Shown here: positions 62,901 to 63,650 of the stretch, piece after piece | Position numbering within the stretch: the stretch's first letter is position 1 | Layout: every line of letters starts with the position of its first letter | Source: Octopus bimaculoides | Taxonomy: Eukaryota | Assembly (NCBI RefSeq): GCF_001194135.2 | Contig: NC_068985.1 | Span: 36,115,616-36,179,265, forward strand | DNA length: 63,650 nt | Direction of reading: 5' to 3' | Position numbers and translations under genes: made by a program | The notes under the pieces: model-generated | Databases searched by the model: none | Told to the model about the DNA's origin: nothing | Seen by the model: only the letters and a program-made list of their open reading frames with translations

Positions 62901-63179
62901 TGTGTGATTTGTGGAAGGAATACTTGAATCATGCAGGCCTGGTCAACCATCAGAGAATTCACAGGAATCAACCCCTTGTAAAATGTCATATGGCTATTGT
63001 TCACAACAGAATATGTGCAACCTGTGGAATGGTGTGCTTTCAGTTGAAGAATGAAAAAAGCATGTCAAAAGACTTCATACTGTGGCACCTGTTCCCTCTG
63101 CTAGCCAGCACAGGTGTGTGTATTATGCAATAAAATGTGTAAATCTTTGTCCAGGCTCAAGACTCATACAATCATCAAT
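62901..63179 (+). pseudogene. Three frameshifted C2H2 zinc fingers (LINE C-terminus or ZNF pseudogene)
   Basis: CVICGRxYLNHAGLVNHQRIH, CATCGMVCFQLKNEKxHVKRLH and CVLCNKMCKSLSRLKTHTIIN, each restored to C-x2-C-x12-H spacing by correcting one 1-2 nt indel. Confidence 0.7.
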
Positions 63180-63248
63180 GACTCATTTCAATGATTCTTT
63201 CTAGCAATAGTTTTGCTCATATACAAGAAAGCAGCTACTACGTATGTT

Positions 63249-63313
<65 letters not shown>

Positions 63314-63364
63314 ATATATGTGTGTGTGTGTGTGTGTATGTATATATATACATATGTATATAAA

Positions 63365-63650
63365 CAGGATGTGGTGAATATATTATCGTTGAAATTACGT
63401 AAGCATGAAAATAATACTGACATCTCATTTTAACAGATATATTTACCAAAATTACATAAAAATATCTTCAAATACTAAAGAGTAAATTTATTCAATAAAA
63501 TCGCCATTGACTTCAACCACGGCCTCCAGACGACTTTGGAATCTCCTGCAACTCTTCTGGATGGTCTCCTTGTTTAAGTTGGTGAATGCTGTAATAATCC
63601 TTGCCTTCAGTTTACCTTTGGTGTTACAAGGAATTTTGTTGGTCTCTTAC
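63365..63650 (-). mobile_element. Tc1/mariner-superfamily transposase C-terminus, possibly DD37D/maT (runs off window)
   Basis: Minus 63650-63488: ETNKIPCNTKGKLKARIITAFTNLNKETIQKSCRRFQSRLEAVVEVNGDFIE*. Confidence 0.75.

Overview
AT-rich, microsatellite- and TE-dense eukaryotic scaffold with several N gaps (largest about 19497-20368, 40882-41600, 52424-52920 and 61844-62624). Repeat content (abundant tRNA-derived SINEs, RTE LINE tails ending in (GAT)n, TA/ATT/CAT microsatellites) suggests an octopus genome; this is inference. One host gene is supported: a TMEM117 ortholog on the + strand with 5 coding exons (31510-32062, 33303-33538, 34730-34987, 36188-36308, 36616-37115; about 555 aa; all phases close). 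It has a ~93-aa acidic N-terminal extension and a short tail carrying a MARCKS-like polybasic motif and a class I PDZ ligand (-TEV). The rest is decayed mobile DNA: four mariners and a Tc1/mariner C-terminal fragment, a Tigger/pogo directly upstream of TMEM117, RTE, CR1-like and R4/Dong LINE pieces, a 1.18-kb two-LTR Gypsy derivative and many SINEs. The most notable unannotated signal is a fully base-paired type I hammerhead ribozyme on the minus strand (19417-19489) of the Penelope/retrozyme minimal type, next to a gap. Three long foldback hairpins and three frameshifted C2H2 zinc fingers were also found. All analysis was by eye; no searches or folding programs were run.
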